Origin: a virus
Reading direction: 5' to 3' (one strand)
Virus record (IMG/VR): IMGVR_UViG_3300033143_004594
Coordinates: 1-64,000 of that record
Length of the DNA: 64,000 bases
The notes beneath the pieces were generated by a model that did no database searches, was not told the origin of the DNA, and worked only from the letters and a program-made list of their open reading frames with translations. The stretch's first letter is position 1. Each line of letters begins with the position of its first letter. This document shows positions 24,005-34,397 of the stretch, one piece after another. Both the position numbers and the translations under genes were made by a program.

Positions 24005-25337
24005 GGATGTTTTTGCAGTACCTTCGGAGATAGAAGCGGAAGAAGCGGCTCTTGGCAGCTTGTTAATTGATCCAGAGGCCATCCATGATGTTTCATATTT
24101 TCTAAAAGCAGATCATTTTTATAGAATTACCAACGGCTGGATATTTGAAGCCATCCTTGAACTTTCAGAAACGGGGACGCCGGTTGATCTTGTCACACTG
24201 TCATCGAACCTAACTGCAAAGGAACAACTAAAAGAAATAGGCGGGGAAGCCTATATTGTCGGCCTCATCAACGCCGTACCAACATCCATCAATATTGAAG
24301 CCTATGCAAAGCTAATTACTAACGCGGCCAAAAAGCGGGCACTCATCAATGCCGCGAGGGAGATAACTACCCTGGCATTTGATGGCGAAATCAGCGCCAG
24401 CGATGCGATTGCCCAAAGCGAAGAAGCCCTCTTTGATGTCGCCCTGGCCGAACGTGACGGGAAAGCTACCCGTCACATAGGGGACGTAGCCCGTGAGCAC
24501 ATAGACAAAATGGAGCGGCTGAGCCAGGAAGGTGTATCAGATATGATCCCCACTGGCTTTATGGATCTTGACAAACTATTAGGCGGGGGGTTCGAGCAGG
24601 GCGCTCTGGTATTAGTTGCTGCCGATACCAGCATGGGTAAGTCAAGTTTTGTCCGGCAAATTATGTTCAACGCGGCCAAAGAAGGGCATAGCGGGGCGAT
24701 GTTTACGCTCGAAATGCCAGCCATTCAATATTTTCAGAGACAGGTTGCCTCAGATACGCGGATCCCGGTTTCCAGAATGAAGGCCGGGGGAATGGCGGAC
24801 TCTGAATGGCCTACGTACTATCAGCATGTAGGGGAGTTATCGACCCTGCCAATGGACCTGGACGATACACGGCTAACAACCTCACAACTGCTCAGCAAGT
24901 GCCGGAGAATAAAAATGAAACGCGGCCTGAAAATAGCCGCTGTGGATTTGATGCACCAAATGGACGTTGAAGAACCGTACCATAACGAGACTCAGCGGCT
25001 GGCGGTTCTTTCTCGGCGCTGCAAGCAGATCGCTATGGAATTAAAGATCGTCCTCATTATTGTCTTGCAACTGAACACCAAGCAGATCGCACAAAGGCAG
25101 GATAACCGACCCACAATTGCCGATGTCCGAAACAGTAGCGACCCTAATGGGGACTCCGATACCATTATCCTCATCTATCGAGATGAATATTACAACCCCG
25201 ATACCAGTGAACGGCCGAATATCGCTGAGATAACCGTAGCCAAGAACCGTGACCAGACTACAGGCACAGCGGATCTCTATTGGCACGGGCAACTAATGTC
25301 GTTCAGAAACTTACAGCGTAGGGAGATTACACTATGA
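23979..25337 (+). CDS. dnaB: Replicative DNA helicase DnaB
   Basis: ATG preceded by tAAGGAGTGAGCGAA. Has a DnaB N-terminal domain (EAEEAALGSLLIDPEAI), Walker A (DTSMGKSSF), and C-terminal motifs (VLQLN, ADVRNSS, YRDEYY). Confidence 0.95.
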   Translation: MSQGSPQDEDVFAVPSEIEAEEAALGSLLIDPEAIHDVSYFLKADHFYRITNGWIFEAILELSETGTPVDLVTLSSNLTAKEQLKEIGGEAYIVGLINAVPTSINIEAYAKLITNAAKKRALINAAREITTLAFDGEISASDAIAQSEEALFDVALAERDGKATRHIGDVAREHIDKMERLSQEGVSDMIPTGFMDLDKLLGGGFEQGALVLVAADTSMGKSSFVRQIMFNAAKEGHSGAMFTLEMPAIQYFQRQVASDTRIPVSRMKAGGMADSEWPTYYQHVGELSTLPMDLDDTRLTTSQLLSKCRRIKMKRGLKIAAVDLMHQMDVEEPYHNETQRLAVLSRRCKQIAMELKIVLIIVLQLNTKQIAQRQDNRPTIADVRNSSDPNGDSDTIILIYRDEYYNPDTSERPNIAEITVAKNRDQTTGTADLYWHGQLMSFRNLQRREITL

Positions 25338-25639
25338 TCGGTCCAGATTATGAACAGATACAGGCGAACCCCAACGACTTCATTGATTTTGAATTGGTAA
25401 AACGAAGCAACGTACACAGAATTGCCAGGACCTTTGGTGTTCCCATGAGATACTGGCTCCAAGGCCATAAAAAATATATATTGTGTAGTGAGAAAGATTG
25501 TGGACACTTCGGTCAGCTTCGATGGGCGCTCGATGAGAAAGGCAACTTCATTCCTGACCCGGAACAGTGGGGCTATTATTGTGGTATGCACTATTTTGAA
25601 AAGGTAGAAGTATGGACCAAGAACAACCGTTCGGAATAA
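25334..25639 (+). CDS. Hypothetical protein
   Basis: ATGA overlap with dnaB. 101 aa. Confidence 0.65.
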   Translation: MIGPDYEQIQANPNDFIDFELVKRSNVHRIARTFGVPMRYWLQGHKKYILCSEKDCGHFGQLRWALDEKGNFIPDPEQWGYYCGMHYFEKVEVWTKNNRSE

Positions 25640-27321
25640 TTACGGCCGACGTTGGAGAAGTCGCTGCAGCATGGAAGGGGGAGAAGAAGTTTCACGCGGT
25701 CTTTTGTGACCCGCCCTATGGCCTCGGATCAGTTAAGGACATACGCGGCCTATTGGAAGCATGGTTAGCCGATGCTGAATATGATACCGGGAAAGGGTTC
25801 ATGAACGCTGAGTGGGATGTCATTCCCCCACCGTCTGTATGGCGGGACATCCGGGAAAACATGGTATATCCCGGCGCGGTTCTCTTTGCCTATGGCGGGA
25901 CCCGCACTTCCGATCTCCTGTCGCTTTCTATCCGGCTCGGGGGTTGGGAAAAGTTCGATGAGATCCTGCATTGGTCCTACGGCTCAGGCTATCCAAAGGT
26001 GTATGACATTGGGAAAGCAATTGATAAGGCCGCGGGCGAAGTCCGGGAAATAATAGGTCAAGGGAAAGGGACTTCACTAAAAAAGAGAAATGAACTAAAT
26101 GAAGAACTAGGCTATCGACCTGGGGACTATTACGAGGAAAATGACGGTAGCTTTGATATTACTGCTCCAGCTAGTGAAGATGCCAAAAGTTGGGATGGCT
26201 ATGGCAATCTGTTGAAGCCCGCCCAAGAGCCCATATTGTGCTTTCGTGCGCCATATGATGGGACATACGTGGACAGGGCTCTCACTTATGGCACATCGGC
26301 ACTAAACATTGGCGGGGGTAGGGTATCAGCAAAAGGGGAAACATGGGAAAGAGAACCGAATACTATTAAACCAAATGATAGCATTGGAACATTTAAGACT
26401 GGAGTTCGATCAATGGTACAGAATGAGGGGGGGCGCTGGCCCGCTAATTTAGTCCTTACGCACCTTCCAGGATGTCGGCCGGCGGGGGCGAAGAAAGTCA
26501 GGGCTACCAAACAGCGGGTACAGAAAGACACCAAAACATATGAGTCTAATTCCCGAGCTGGGGATTCGACTCCGCCAGCCGGCCTCGCCACGAGTGGGTA
26601 TGCGGACGACGATGGTTTAGAGACCGTTATCAATTGGGAATGTATGGATGGATGCCCGGTGAAAGAAATGGGCGAACAATCTGGAATATTGAAAAGTGGG
26701 AAGGGCTCGGTCAAGAAAGCAAGTGCGGCCGGGTATTCACCAAACGCCTATGGAAAAGAAAACAGGCCCATAGGGACCAAGATGGTCGAACACGCGGACG
26801 AAGGTACGGCCGCCCGGTATTTTCTGCAAAGCCATTGGGCGCACGAAATCCATGAGCGGATCGCCATGGCACCGGGCGCTTTCTATCAGGCCAAGGTATC
26901 GAAGGCTGAGCGCAACGCCGGGGTTACTGGCGATGGCGGAACAGTCAACGACGGCCGTAAAAAGGAGATCGACAATGCCTACCAACGCGGAAGCACCCGT
27001 AAGAAAAACAATCACCCAACCTTAAAGCCCATCGCCTTAAATAAATGGCTGGCTACGCTGCTTCTTCCAGCCGAGTCGGTAGGCGAACGCCGTCTACTCA
27101 TCCCTTATTCAGGCGCGGGAAGCGAAGCTATAGGAGCTATGTTGGCCGGTTGGGACGCCGGTCTAGGGCTTGAAGGCGGGAAAGATTACGCCAGGATAAG
27201 CCGGGAACGGTTAGAGTTTTGGTGGAACTACTATCGCCACGGCGGAGATGATGTCCGCAAGATTCTCGAAAATTGGAAACCAGAACCTGATGATGGGCCT
27301 AAGCAAGCAAGGATGTTCTAA
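25612..27321 (+). CDS. DNA methyltransferase, beta class (N6-adenine or N4-cytosine), with a large central insert
   Basis: DPPY motif IV at 25708-25719. C-terminal sequence is NHPTLKPIAL...IPYSGAGSE (motif I). Confidence 0.85.
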   Translation: MDQEQPFGIITADVGEVAAAWKGEKKFHAVFCDPPYGLGSVKDIRGLLEAWLADAEYDTGKGFMNAEWDVIPPPSVWRDIRENMVYPGAVLFAYGGTRTSDLLSLSIRLGGWEKFDEILHWSYGSGYPKVYDIGKAIDKAAGEVREIIGQGKGTSLKKRNELNEELGYRPGDYYEENDGSFDITAPASEDAKSWDGYGNLLKPAQEPILCFRAPYDGTYVDRALTYGTSALNIGGGRVSAKGETWEREPNTIKPNDSIGTFKTGVRSMVQNEGGRWPANLVLTHLPGCRPAGAKKVRATKQRVQKDTKTYESNSRAGDSTPPAGLATSGYADDDGLETVINWECMDGCPVKEMGEQSGILKSGKGSVKKASAAGYSPNAYGKENRPIGTKMVEHADEGTAARYFLQSHWAHEIHERIAMAPGAFYQAKVSKAERNAGVTGDGGTVNDGRKKEIDNAYQRGSTRKKNNHPTLKPIALNKWLATLLLPAESVGERRLLIPYSGAGSEAIGAMLAGWDAGLGLEGGKDYARISRERLEFWWNYYRHGGDDVRKILENWKPEPDDGPKQARMF

Positions 27322-27518
27322 TGGATCTAGAAAAATCTAAAATATGGGACGCGCTGAAAGCCTCTGGTTGGAATTATGTCGCTGGAAAAGAAGGTGATTA
27401 CGTTCGCTGCCATTTATGTAAGAAGGTTCTTCGGCCGGATCTACCCAGATTTGTTTCGCCGGACAAAAAGAAATCGTATCATCGGTATTGTATAGCTCAT
27501 CAAAAGCGAAACGAATGA
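27321..27518 (+). CDS. Small zinc-finger-like protein
   Basis: TAATG overlap. Has CHLC...HRYCIAH. Confidence 0.55.
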   Translation: MDLEKSKIWDALKASGWNYVAGKEGDYVRCHLCKKVLRPDLPRFVSPDKKKSYHRYCIAHQKRNE

Positions 27519-29002
27519 TTCATCTGATTAACGGTGACTCCCTGAGCATCCCCCTGGCCGACGAAACGGTCCACTGTATCGCTTTCTCCCCGCCATATTA
27601 TTCGCTCCGGGACTATGGGGTTGAAGGGCAACTCGGCCGAGAGCCGTTACACGATTGTCACGCTTGGGCCATCGGCCGGCCGCCATGTGGAAACTGCTAC
27701 GTGTGCAATATACGCACTGTCATGAAAGAAGTTTGGCGGGTACTACACCCAACCGGCACTGTCTGGATAAACTTGGCCGATAGTTGGGTGCGCGATCCCA
27801 AGAAGGGCATTAAGTACGAGGCCGGGGCCGGCACCTACATGAATAATCGACAGGCTGTCGAGAAAAACGTGGGCGCTCCAGTCCCGCCCGGTTTGAAACC
27901 CAAGGATCTTTATGGCATCCCTTACCGTGTTGCCCTGGCCCTACAAACTGATGGTTGGTATTGGCGGAGCAAACCCCCGTGGATTAAAAAGAACGCCATG
28001 CCATCGTCGGCCAGCGATCGGCCGGGTACATATCATGAGGAAATACTGTTCTTCTCGAAGGCTGAGCGATACTTCTATGACCGGTACTCGGTCCTCAGAC
28101 CCGCTACCCAAGCATCATTAGAGAGATCAAGGCGGGCCGTCCATGATGGGCACAAGAATATCAACGGCGCTCCGGGACAAGTCCCGCACTCGATGGCCCG
28201 CTCCCGGCCGAACGTCAACCGGCACAGCTTCTCGCGCCGTGCGAAGGCTGAGACCATCCACCCGGACCAACAATACAGCCAGCACCGGGACGGCCGAGAA
28301 AACGAGTTCTATGGATTGGACTGGCGAAACTGGCGGACCTCTGACACCTTCTTTGACTCCCTGTCCTTGGTCATCGAGCAGCAAAGGGAATATCTCAGTC
28401 ACCTAGAACAGGTCCTGGCCGCGGGCGGATATTTGGTGGATGAGGAAGGGATGCCATTGGCCTTCCAGGTTAATCCTACCGGCTACGGTGGCAATCATTA
28501 TGCTGTTTGGCCGCGGGCCTTGGTCAAGGACATGCTGAAAGCATCCACTTCCAGACATGGGGCCTGCCCCAGCTGTGGAAACCAGTGGCAACGGGAAATT
28601 GAGAAGGGAGAACCGCAGGCCCGCCATGACAATCCCAACCCGGTCCTTCCATACTCAGCCGACAGCGGCATGAAACACGGCCAAGGGGGTAGCACCCTTC
28701 ATAAGACAGTAGAAATTATGACCAAGGGCTGGACGCCTACTTGCGATTGCAACCGGCCGGATGTTATCCCGCCGGTCGTGCTGGATTGCTTTGTCGGATC
28801 CGGAACCACCATGATAGAAGCCAGGACGCTCGGGCTAACCGGGATCGGGATAGACCTTAAATTTAATAATCTTCTGGTGGACTGTCGCCAGCGGTTGGAC
28901 CTGGACAAATTAGAAGCCTTTGAGCAGGGTAGGGGGGCTGTGGTCCGGCCGCCCAAGAAAGGCCGTAAGAAGCCTAGCCCTAATCAACCTAGTTTATTTT
29001 AG
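27515..29002 (+). CDS. DNA methyltransferase, beta class (SPPY type; N4-cytosine or N6-adenine)
   Basis: ATGA overlap start at 27515. SPPY at 27587-27598. C-terminal sequence is NHYAVWPRAL...VLDCFVGSGTT. Confidence 0.85.
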   Translation: MIHLINGDSLSIPLADETVHCIAFSPPYYSLRDYGVEGQLGREPLHDCHAWAIGRPPCGNCYVCNIRTVMKEVWRVLHPTGTVWINLADSWVRDPKKGIKYEAGAGTYMNNRQAVEKNVGAPVPPGLKPKDLYGIPYRVALALQTDGWYWRSKPPWIKKNAMPSSASDRPGTYHEEILFFSKAERYFYDRYSVLRPATQASLERSRRAVHDGHKNINGAPGQVPHSMARSRPNVNRHSFSRRAKAETIHPDQQYSQHRDGRENEFYGLDWRNWRTSDTFFDSLSLVIEQQREYLSHLEQVLAAGGYLVDEEGMPLAFQVNPTGYGGNHYAVWPRALVKDMLKASTSRHGACPSCGNQWQREIEKGEPQARHDNPNPVLPYSADSGMKHGQGGSTLHKTVEIMTKGWTPTCDCNRPDVIPPVVLDCFVGSGTTMIEARTLGLTGIGIDLKFNNLLVDCRQRLDLDKLEAFEQGRGAVVRPPKKGRKKPSPNQPSLF

Positions 29003-29011
29003 GAGAAGTAC

Positions 29012-29380
29012 ATGAACAATCAGCTAGATTTATTTCCAGAAAGGGTATTAGACCCAATCCAGATTGTCAGTCACGACCCTGACTCGACCCTAGAAGAACG
29101 TTTTTATGAGTTCCACGCCGCTAACCCGCATGTCTACACGGTTATCGTCAAGAAAGCCCTGGCTCTGCGGGAACGGGGCATAACCCATTTTGGTATGAAA
29201 GCCATATTTGAAAGCCTTCGATATGACGCTGCTTTGCAAACCGGGGGAGACGAATACAGGCTGAACAATAATTATACCGCCTTCTACGCACGATTGATCA
29301 TGCGAAACACCGCCGTTTTGAAAGATTTCTTTGAAACGCGGGAACAATCGGCCGTAGAATCGCCCCCTGATGGGCCATAA
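29012..29380 (+). CDS. Hypothetical protein
   Basis: SD is AGGAGAagtac. 122 aa. Confidence 0.75.
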   Translation: MNNQLDLFPERVLDPIQIVSHDPDSTLEERFYEFHAANPHVYTVIVKKALALRERGITHFGMKAIFESLRYDAALQTGGDEYRLNNNYTAFYARLIMRNTAVLKDFFETREQSAVESPPDGP

Positions 29381-29388
29381 CATATGTT

Positions 29389-29787
29389 ATGAACAAAATA
29401 AACGGGATTCAAGTACCAACTACGGCGGACAGTGCGGAATTACGCGCCTTCGTCCAATCTGTATACAAAAGCTGTGGCTGTAATTACACCCAAGCCGCGG
29501 CCCTTATTGGCGTCCACGGTGACACGGTTCGGAAATTGCTTCTCGATTTCCAGCAAGACTCCCAAGTCATCCGGGACCGGTTGGATATTAAGAAAACCAA
29601 AACCCGGCCGCGGGTATGGATGCCAACCAACAATTGTGATGCCGCTATGGAGAAGCTGCTCACCCATTATGAGAGACAAATTGTTTTTGACGCGCTAGTT
29701 CTGGCGCTTGGAAGGAAGGGGATACTGATCTCCGTGAATGAGACTATCCACCCTAAACGATATTATGAAAACAGGAGAGAGAAATGA
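29389..29787 (+). CDS. Putative HTH DNA-binding protein
   Basis: YTQAAALIGVHGDTVRKLL resembles a helix-turn-helix. 132 aa. Confidence 0.5.
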   Translation: MNKINGIQVPTTADSAELRAFVQSVYKSCGCNYTQAAALIGVHGDTVRKLLLDFQQDSQVIRDRLDIKKTKTRPRVWMPTNNCDAAMEKLLTHYERQIVFDALVLALGRKGILISVNETIHPKRYYENRREK

Positions 29788-30014
29788 TTAGATATGGACT
29801 TGGTAAAATAACCTTATTTCTATTACTTTTGCTTGCTTATTCAGTTGCCTACGCCCGCGGTTACAGAAAAGGCATGTTTGACCAATGGATGACATCTTCA
29901 TTATTAAGCCATGTTCTATGGAACGGGACCGGTGAGAACAGCCCTGATGCGGCCGGCGGGTTTGATGGCCTTCTCAAATTCATGGAAGAGAAAAATGACA
30001 ACCCTGACAACTAA
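29784..30014 (+). CDS. Small membrane protein
   Basis: ATGA overlap. Has an N-terminal TM helix. Confidence 0.55.
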   Translation: MIRYGLGKITLFLLLLLAYSVAYARGYRKGMFDQWMTSSLLSHVLWNGTGENSPDAAGGFDGLLKFMEEKNDNPDN

Positions 30015-30276
30015 AACTTTTAGTGCATTTCCTAATGATATGCTACGAGGATATTGGTTTTCATTTCAAAACGATGAATGGGTACACGACTGGTGTAGCA
30101 AATCACCAAATCATCATCATGACTGGATAGAGCATAGCGAACCCCTTTATACTTCGGACCACATATACAGCCAGCCGATGTTCATCCGTGATAAGCATGG
30201 CAACCCGGTTGTATATGAACGGTGGAATTTGCGTTGTAAACACTGTGGGGCAAAGAAAAAATATCCGGCTGATTAA
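29995..30276 (+). CDS. Hypothetical protein with C-terminal CxxC
   Basis: The internal ATG at 29995 overlaps the upstream gene's end. 93 aa. Confidence 0.5.
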   Translation: MTTLTTKTFSAFPNDMLRGYWFSFQNDEWVHDWCSKSPNHHHDWIEHSEPLYTSDHIYSQPMFIRDKHGNPVVYERWNLRCKHCGAKKKYPAD

Positions 30277-30612
30277 CTAGAACGGAGCAAACAACTGTTC
30301 TAGGGTGTTGAATAGTCGGCCGTCAATAATCATATCGGTCGTGAAACGATACACGCGCCAGCCTAATACGCCAGCCGCATTGTACTTCTCGCAATCTTCC
30401 TCAAAGTGTTTGCCCCTAGTATGTGCCCCGTCAATCCATGTTCCCCCCTCAGCTTCAAAGGCAATCATGTATTTCGGCCACGCAAAATCAAACCGCCACT
30501 TGCGCTCATCATGAAACCGGTATTCCTTTTCAGGATCTTCCAGGTACGGCCGATCCTCTGTTAGTTGAAACTGCCGAATCACCCCTGCCATATTATCTTC
30601 TAATTCAGTCAT
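30277..30612 (-). CDS. Vsr/DUF559-like PD-(D/E)xK endonuclease domain protein
   Basis: The pattern RFDFAWPKYMIAFEAEGG...GWRVYRFT matches the DUF559/Vsr-like fold. Confidence 0.6.
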   Translation of the reverse strand: MTELEDNMAGVIRQFQLTEDRPYLEDPEKEYRFHDERKWRFDFAWPKYMIAFEAEGGTWIDGAHTRGKHFEEDCEKYNAAGVLGWRVYRFTTDMIIDGRLFNTLEQLFAPF

Positions 30613-31136
30613 TGCGGTGGCTCCTGGCTAACTAATATGGATGACAAGCTCCAATCCCACACAAGTTCCATTGTTGGGTCAGGAGAAAAACGGTCTAATG
30701 GAATTACCCACATGCCAAATTCTTCCTGGAAACGCGGAGTGCGGTAGTCAGGATCTCCAAACGAATCATTACAAACGTAATCACCAAATCCCGGCAAAGT
30801 AACAACATTTGTGTTGTGTGGGTATCTTCCTGTCCACCCGGTTATACATGCGGCTGATTGATTCATCCATTCTAAGCGGGTATGAATGCCATTTGAAAAA
30901 TAACTACAGTCAGAATCACATTGCCCCCGCCAATTATTCATCATTACCCATTGGCCTCCAATCCATTCGTAGGGCCAATAATTGAACGCCAATATGGGCA
31001 TTTCTTCTATGGGGGGAGCGACTAATGGATTATATATGGACGGCACTTTTTCTAATAACGTAAGCCAATCAACCAAAGGGAGACAAACATCATCAGGTCC
31101 AATAATGCAAAACAATAAATAAATTACCAATTTCAT
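30609..31136 (-). CDS. Secreted or membrane-anchored Cys/Trp-rich protein
   Basis: N-terminal hydrophobic signal is MKLVIYLLFCIIG. ATGA overlap with the downstream gene. Confidence 0.65.
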   Translation of the reverse strand: MKLVIYLLFCIIGPDDVCLPLVDWLTLLEKVPSIYNPLVAPPIEEMPILAFNYWPYEWIGGQWVMMNNWRGQCDSDCSYFSNGIHTRLEWMNQSAACITGWTGRYPHNTNVVTLPGFGDYVCNDSFGDPDYRTPRFQEEFGMWVIPLDRFSPDPTMELVWDWSLSSILVSQEPPQ

Positions 31137-31156
31137 GGGAACTCCTTAAATAAGGA

Positions 31157-31182
31157 GAGGCCGATCCAAATGGATCGGCCTC
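31157..31182 (-). terminator. Hairpin after the lysin gene
   Basis: GAGGCCGATC/GATCGGCCTC stem with only a weak U-run. A second small hairpin plus T5 lies at ~31219-31239. Confidence 0.45.
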
Positions 31183-31300
31183 AAATACCTAGCTCGGGCA
31201 ACTAGGGGTGGAAAGGAGTAAAAACCGCTAGGGGAGCGGACGCGGACTCGGGTAGCCTACACATAATTACATTATCCACATTTTTTATTATGTGACAATG

Positions 31301-33529
31301 CTAACCCATACAGTGGATCACCTCTCTTTGGAGTGGCGGCCGACCTGCCGGGATTTCACTTATCCAACTATGACCACCAGAATTGTTCATCCATTCGCAG
31401 TATGGGCCAAGGTTAGGCGGGATGAAATAACGCTCTAACCACGCGCCGTCCCGAGACCAAGCGAAAGACAATTCAACAACATTCTTTAAGGTAATGCCAT
31501 TGGGCGAAGCGTTAGATGGTGGCGATGTCCAGACGGGATGGAGTTTATTAAACCTGAGCCAGCTTCCTACCAAATCGTTACTGATGGGATTGCAATTCTT
31601 GTCCATGACCCTAACAGTGGGGCTTCGATAAAACGCATCACCCACCGCCCAAACTTCGGGACACCAGCGGGACCACCCATAACCATCGTCTAGGATATAC
31701 ATGGTCCCACCGCCCCGACTTGTGTCCTCACGGCGCTCAACGTATCCATTGTGAATACGCATGTGCTCATATTGATGATTTTTCACGACATAGATGCTTT
31801 CGCCCATGACCTGGACCTGGATGTCCTCGGTCGGGCCGCTACCATGCTGGAGCACAAAGAAAGGCGCTACGCCAGCTTCCACAGGCCGGAAGTACGGCCG
31901 CATATTGACGCCTGTCGATGTCGGTGGCTTATAAATTGCTTCCAGATACGGGCCGGGATTAATAATGCACCACGGCCAATCCGGTAGACCTGGGCATCTA
32001 CGCATCTCGAAATGGAGATGTGGGCCGGTCGAGTTGCCGGTATTACCACTGTATCCAATTATCTGACCCGCTTTAACATTTTGCCCAACCTTGACCGGGA
32101 TATTAGAAGCCGCATGTCCATAAATGATGAGATTGTCTCCGGTCTGGATGCGAACATGCCAACCGTAACCATCCGAGTAGCTGACCTGGACAACTTGTCC
32201 ACTTACGGCCGCATAAAACGCCGAACCCATAGGAGCGGCGATGTCCCAACCGTTGTGACCCTTTAGACAAACTCCATTCGAGTCACAATACTGTTTGTAA
32301 TTATCAGGGTTTTCTCCAAACCGCTGAGTGATAATCCAGGTTTGCGCTGGCCACACTTCGAGTTTGAACCCCGGCGAAAGTTTATAGGGGTCTGTGAAGG
32401 ACCGGATTGGTTTGCCCGGTTCATAGACAAATACTTCTCGGGGCTTAACATGCTCCAGGTCCTCTCCAGCTTGGACAACACGGGTAATGTCGCCAGGGAA
32501 ACCGGCCGTGATTTCACTTATTACCGGGATGAGCCCCTTGCCCTTGATTGCCTGTTCTAATCCCGCCTCATCATTTAAGCGGATCCCGCAAGTCTCTTGC
32601 TCGGTGACGGTAGCAGACCATAGAAACTTTTCTACCGTTTCTTCAACCGGTGGCTGTGTGTATTCCGGTGGCGTCCACGGGTCAGAGGGATTAGCTCGAA
32701 GATACGCGGCTATGGCGACCGATGAGTTTTCAATATTGACACCATGCCAGTTACCGTAGGTCCACCATGCCGCGCCAACAAGGAACTTTCTATTAACCCG
32801 AGTCCCTTGCATAAACGCATCAAACTGAGCCATCTGGCTCATCATGTGGCCTTGCTCAATAGGCTTCATGCCACCTTCAAGACCTAGCTCGGTAATGGCA
32901 AGGCCACCATACAGACCCTGAGACTCCAGCCATTCCGCTTCCCGAAACGCCCGGTCAGTATTGGAAGTCAAGGGGACTAGATCGGGAAAGCCATAGACAT
33001 GACGGCCGTAAATGTGCCCCATCTCAAAACCAGCGGCAATATGGTCGCCGTAGTTCAGCTTCCAGGTTTCCATACCCCCGTTGGGCGCTCCCCCGTGAAC
33101 TGAGCCATCATCTGGTGTCCCCGAGAACAAATTGCAGATGCACATCTTGAAGCCATCGGCCGCTGCCAATTGCATGATACGCATTTCATAAGCGTTAGCC
33201 ACAGTCATGACACGCGGGTCATTTGCCCCCGTTTCATTGATGGCGGAATAATAATCGGCCGGGTTAAGCAACCACCGCTCTTTCAATAGGGGATACATAT
33301 AATCGGCCATAGCGATAGCCTCAGCTACCGACATATTGTTAAGGTTGGGATTATCCCCGTAATAATAAATGTCTCTATAAATGCCCCAGGTATGACCACC
33401 GCTTTTTTCCTTGGCTTCCTTTACGGCCCCGCCTTCCCCTACTGCAAACACCTCTGCTGGCTTTTCGTCACAAACTAGACCGTACCCATTTCGTGACCCT
33501 GTTTTTACGTGAACTCCTATACGGCTCAT
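31301..33529 (-). CDS. Multidomain lysin: N-terminal TIM-barrel-like glycoside-hydrolase-like region, central M23 peptidase, C-terminal unknown domain
   Basis: M23 signature is GHNGWDIAAP...GYSGNTGNSTGPHLHFEMR. The N-terminus has INETG and ITELG, which resemble clan GH-A catalytic Glu motifs. Adjacent to holin-like genes. Confidence 0.85.
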   Translation of the reverse strand: MSRIGVHVKTGSRNGYGLVCDEKPAEVFAVGEGGAVKEAKEKSGGHTWGIYRDIYYYGDNPNLNNMSVAEAIAMADYMYPLLKERWLLNPADYYSAINETGANDPRVMTVANAYEMRIMQLAAADGFKMCICNLFSGTPDDGSVHGGAPNGGMETWKLNYGDHIAAGFEMGHIYGRHVYGFPDLVPLTSNTDRAFREAEWLESQGLYGGLAITELGLEGGMKPIEQGHMMSQMAQFDAFMQGTRVNRKFLVGAAWWTYGNWHGVNIENSSVAIAAYLRANPSDPWTPPEYTQPPVEETVEKFLWSATVTEQETCGIRLNDEAGLEQAIKGKGLIPVISEITAGFPGDITRVVQAGEDLEHVKPREVFVYEPGKPIRSFTDPYKLSPGFKLEVWPAQTWIITQRFGENPDNYKQYCDSNGVCLKGHNGWDIAAPMGSAFYAAVSGQVVQVSYSDGYGWHVRIQTGDNLIIYGHAASNIPVKVGQNVKAGQIIGYSGNTGNSTGPHLHFEMRRCPGLPDWPWCIINPGPYLEAIYKPPTSTGVNMRPYFRPVEAGVAPFFVLQHGSGPTEDIQVQVMGESIYVVKNHQYEHMRIHNGYVERREDTSRGGGTMYILDDGYGWSRWCPEVWAVGDAFYRSPTVRVMDKNCNPISNDLVGSWLRFNKLHPVWTSPPSNASPNGITLKNVVELSFAWSRDGAWLERYFIPPNLGPYCEWMNNSGGHSWISEIPAGRPPLQREVIHCMG

Positions 33530-33537
33530 AACACTCC

Positions 33538-33705
33538 TTAGAAGGATACTTGTCGAATGATGTCCGGGATTACGGGGATAATGTCTCTAGGAATACCGTC
33601 CATCGGGTTCTGGTAGACCGGGTTAATCACCAATACGAACGTGAACACGCACGTCCAAAACACGGAGATGGAAAATACTAGGAGCATTATCCATCTCCAT
33701 GTCAT
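33538..33705 (-). CDS. 55-aa membrane peptide (not in the ORF track) immediately upstream of the lysin
   Basis: Own translation is MTWRWIMLLVFSISVFWTCVFTFVLVINPV.... Its stop overlaps the lysin SD (TAAGGAGTGTTATG). Confidence 0.4.
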   Translation of the reverse strand: MTWRWIMLLVFSISVFWTCVFTFVLVINPVYQNPMDGIPRDIIPVIPDIIRQVSF

Positions 33706-33758
33706 CACGTTTCAGGGCTTACCCCGGTTGAAGTAGGCCACGCGCCAGGGTTTCACAA

Positions 33759-34079
33759 TTAGGGTCGAGGTTTGGACCGTTTAGTTGCTCGGTGGACGCC
33801 TTGCCCAATGCCTAATGCGCCAAAGTAGACGCCAATTGCGGTCATCGCTCCGGCCAAATCTGGTGTGAAGGTATCGAAAACTTTAAGTAACGCCATAACA
33901 TAGGCGAAAACAACAATGATTAAGATGCCCACAGCATTGACCGTTTTCTTTTTCTTCTCATCCAGCTTCTGGAACTTATCTTCAACAAACCAAAGATATT
34001 CCAGGGCAAAAGTCTGGATTGCCGTCCAGATTATAATGACGATTGTGACCGTTAAAGTACCTGTACTAACTTCTACCAT
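33759..34079 (-). CDS. Holin-like membrane protein (about 3 TM)
   Basis: AGGAGAAG SD. Has hydrophobic helices and a basic C-terminus (KRSKPRP). Confidence 0.6.
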   Translation of the reverse strand: MVEVSTGTLTVTIVIIIWTAIQTFALEYLWFVEDKFQKLDEKKKKTVNAVGILIIVVFAYVMALLKVFDTFTPDLAGAMTAIGVYFGALGIGQGVHRATKRSKPRP

Positions 34080-34082
34080 TTC

Positions 34083-34397
34083 CTACTTCTCCTTTCTCTG
34101 CTGAGTATTAAAATAGCCCTTCATTAGGGCAAACTGAAAAACACTTACCGCTGCCATCAGCATAGCAGATGCCATGCTAAAAGGGAAGTCACATTCCCCA
34201 CCTTCAATGAGTGTTCCTATGACTTGGGCAAGTTTGAAGATCACTACCAAGGCTAACCCGGCATTGGTCAGGAATAAAGCATGAGCCGTTCCAGAATGCT
34301 CAGATCGCCATAAAGGAAACCAAAAAACGGCGGTGGCTGTAAATGAAATAACTGACCCGACTCCAAGGCTAAGAATTATCAATACTGTTGGAAACAT
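34083..34397 (-). CDS. Holin-like membrane protein (3-4 TM)
   Basis: Mostly hydrophobic, 104 aa. Confidence 0.6.
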   Translation of the reverse strand: MFPTVLIILSLGVGSVISFTATAVFWFPLWRSEHSGTAHALFLTNAGLALVVIFKLAQVIGTLIEGGECDFPFSMASAMLMAAVSVFQFALMKGYFNTQQRKEK

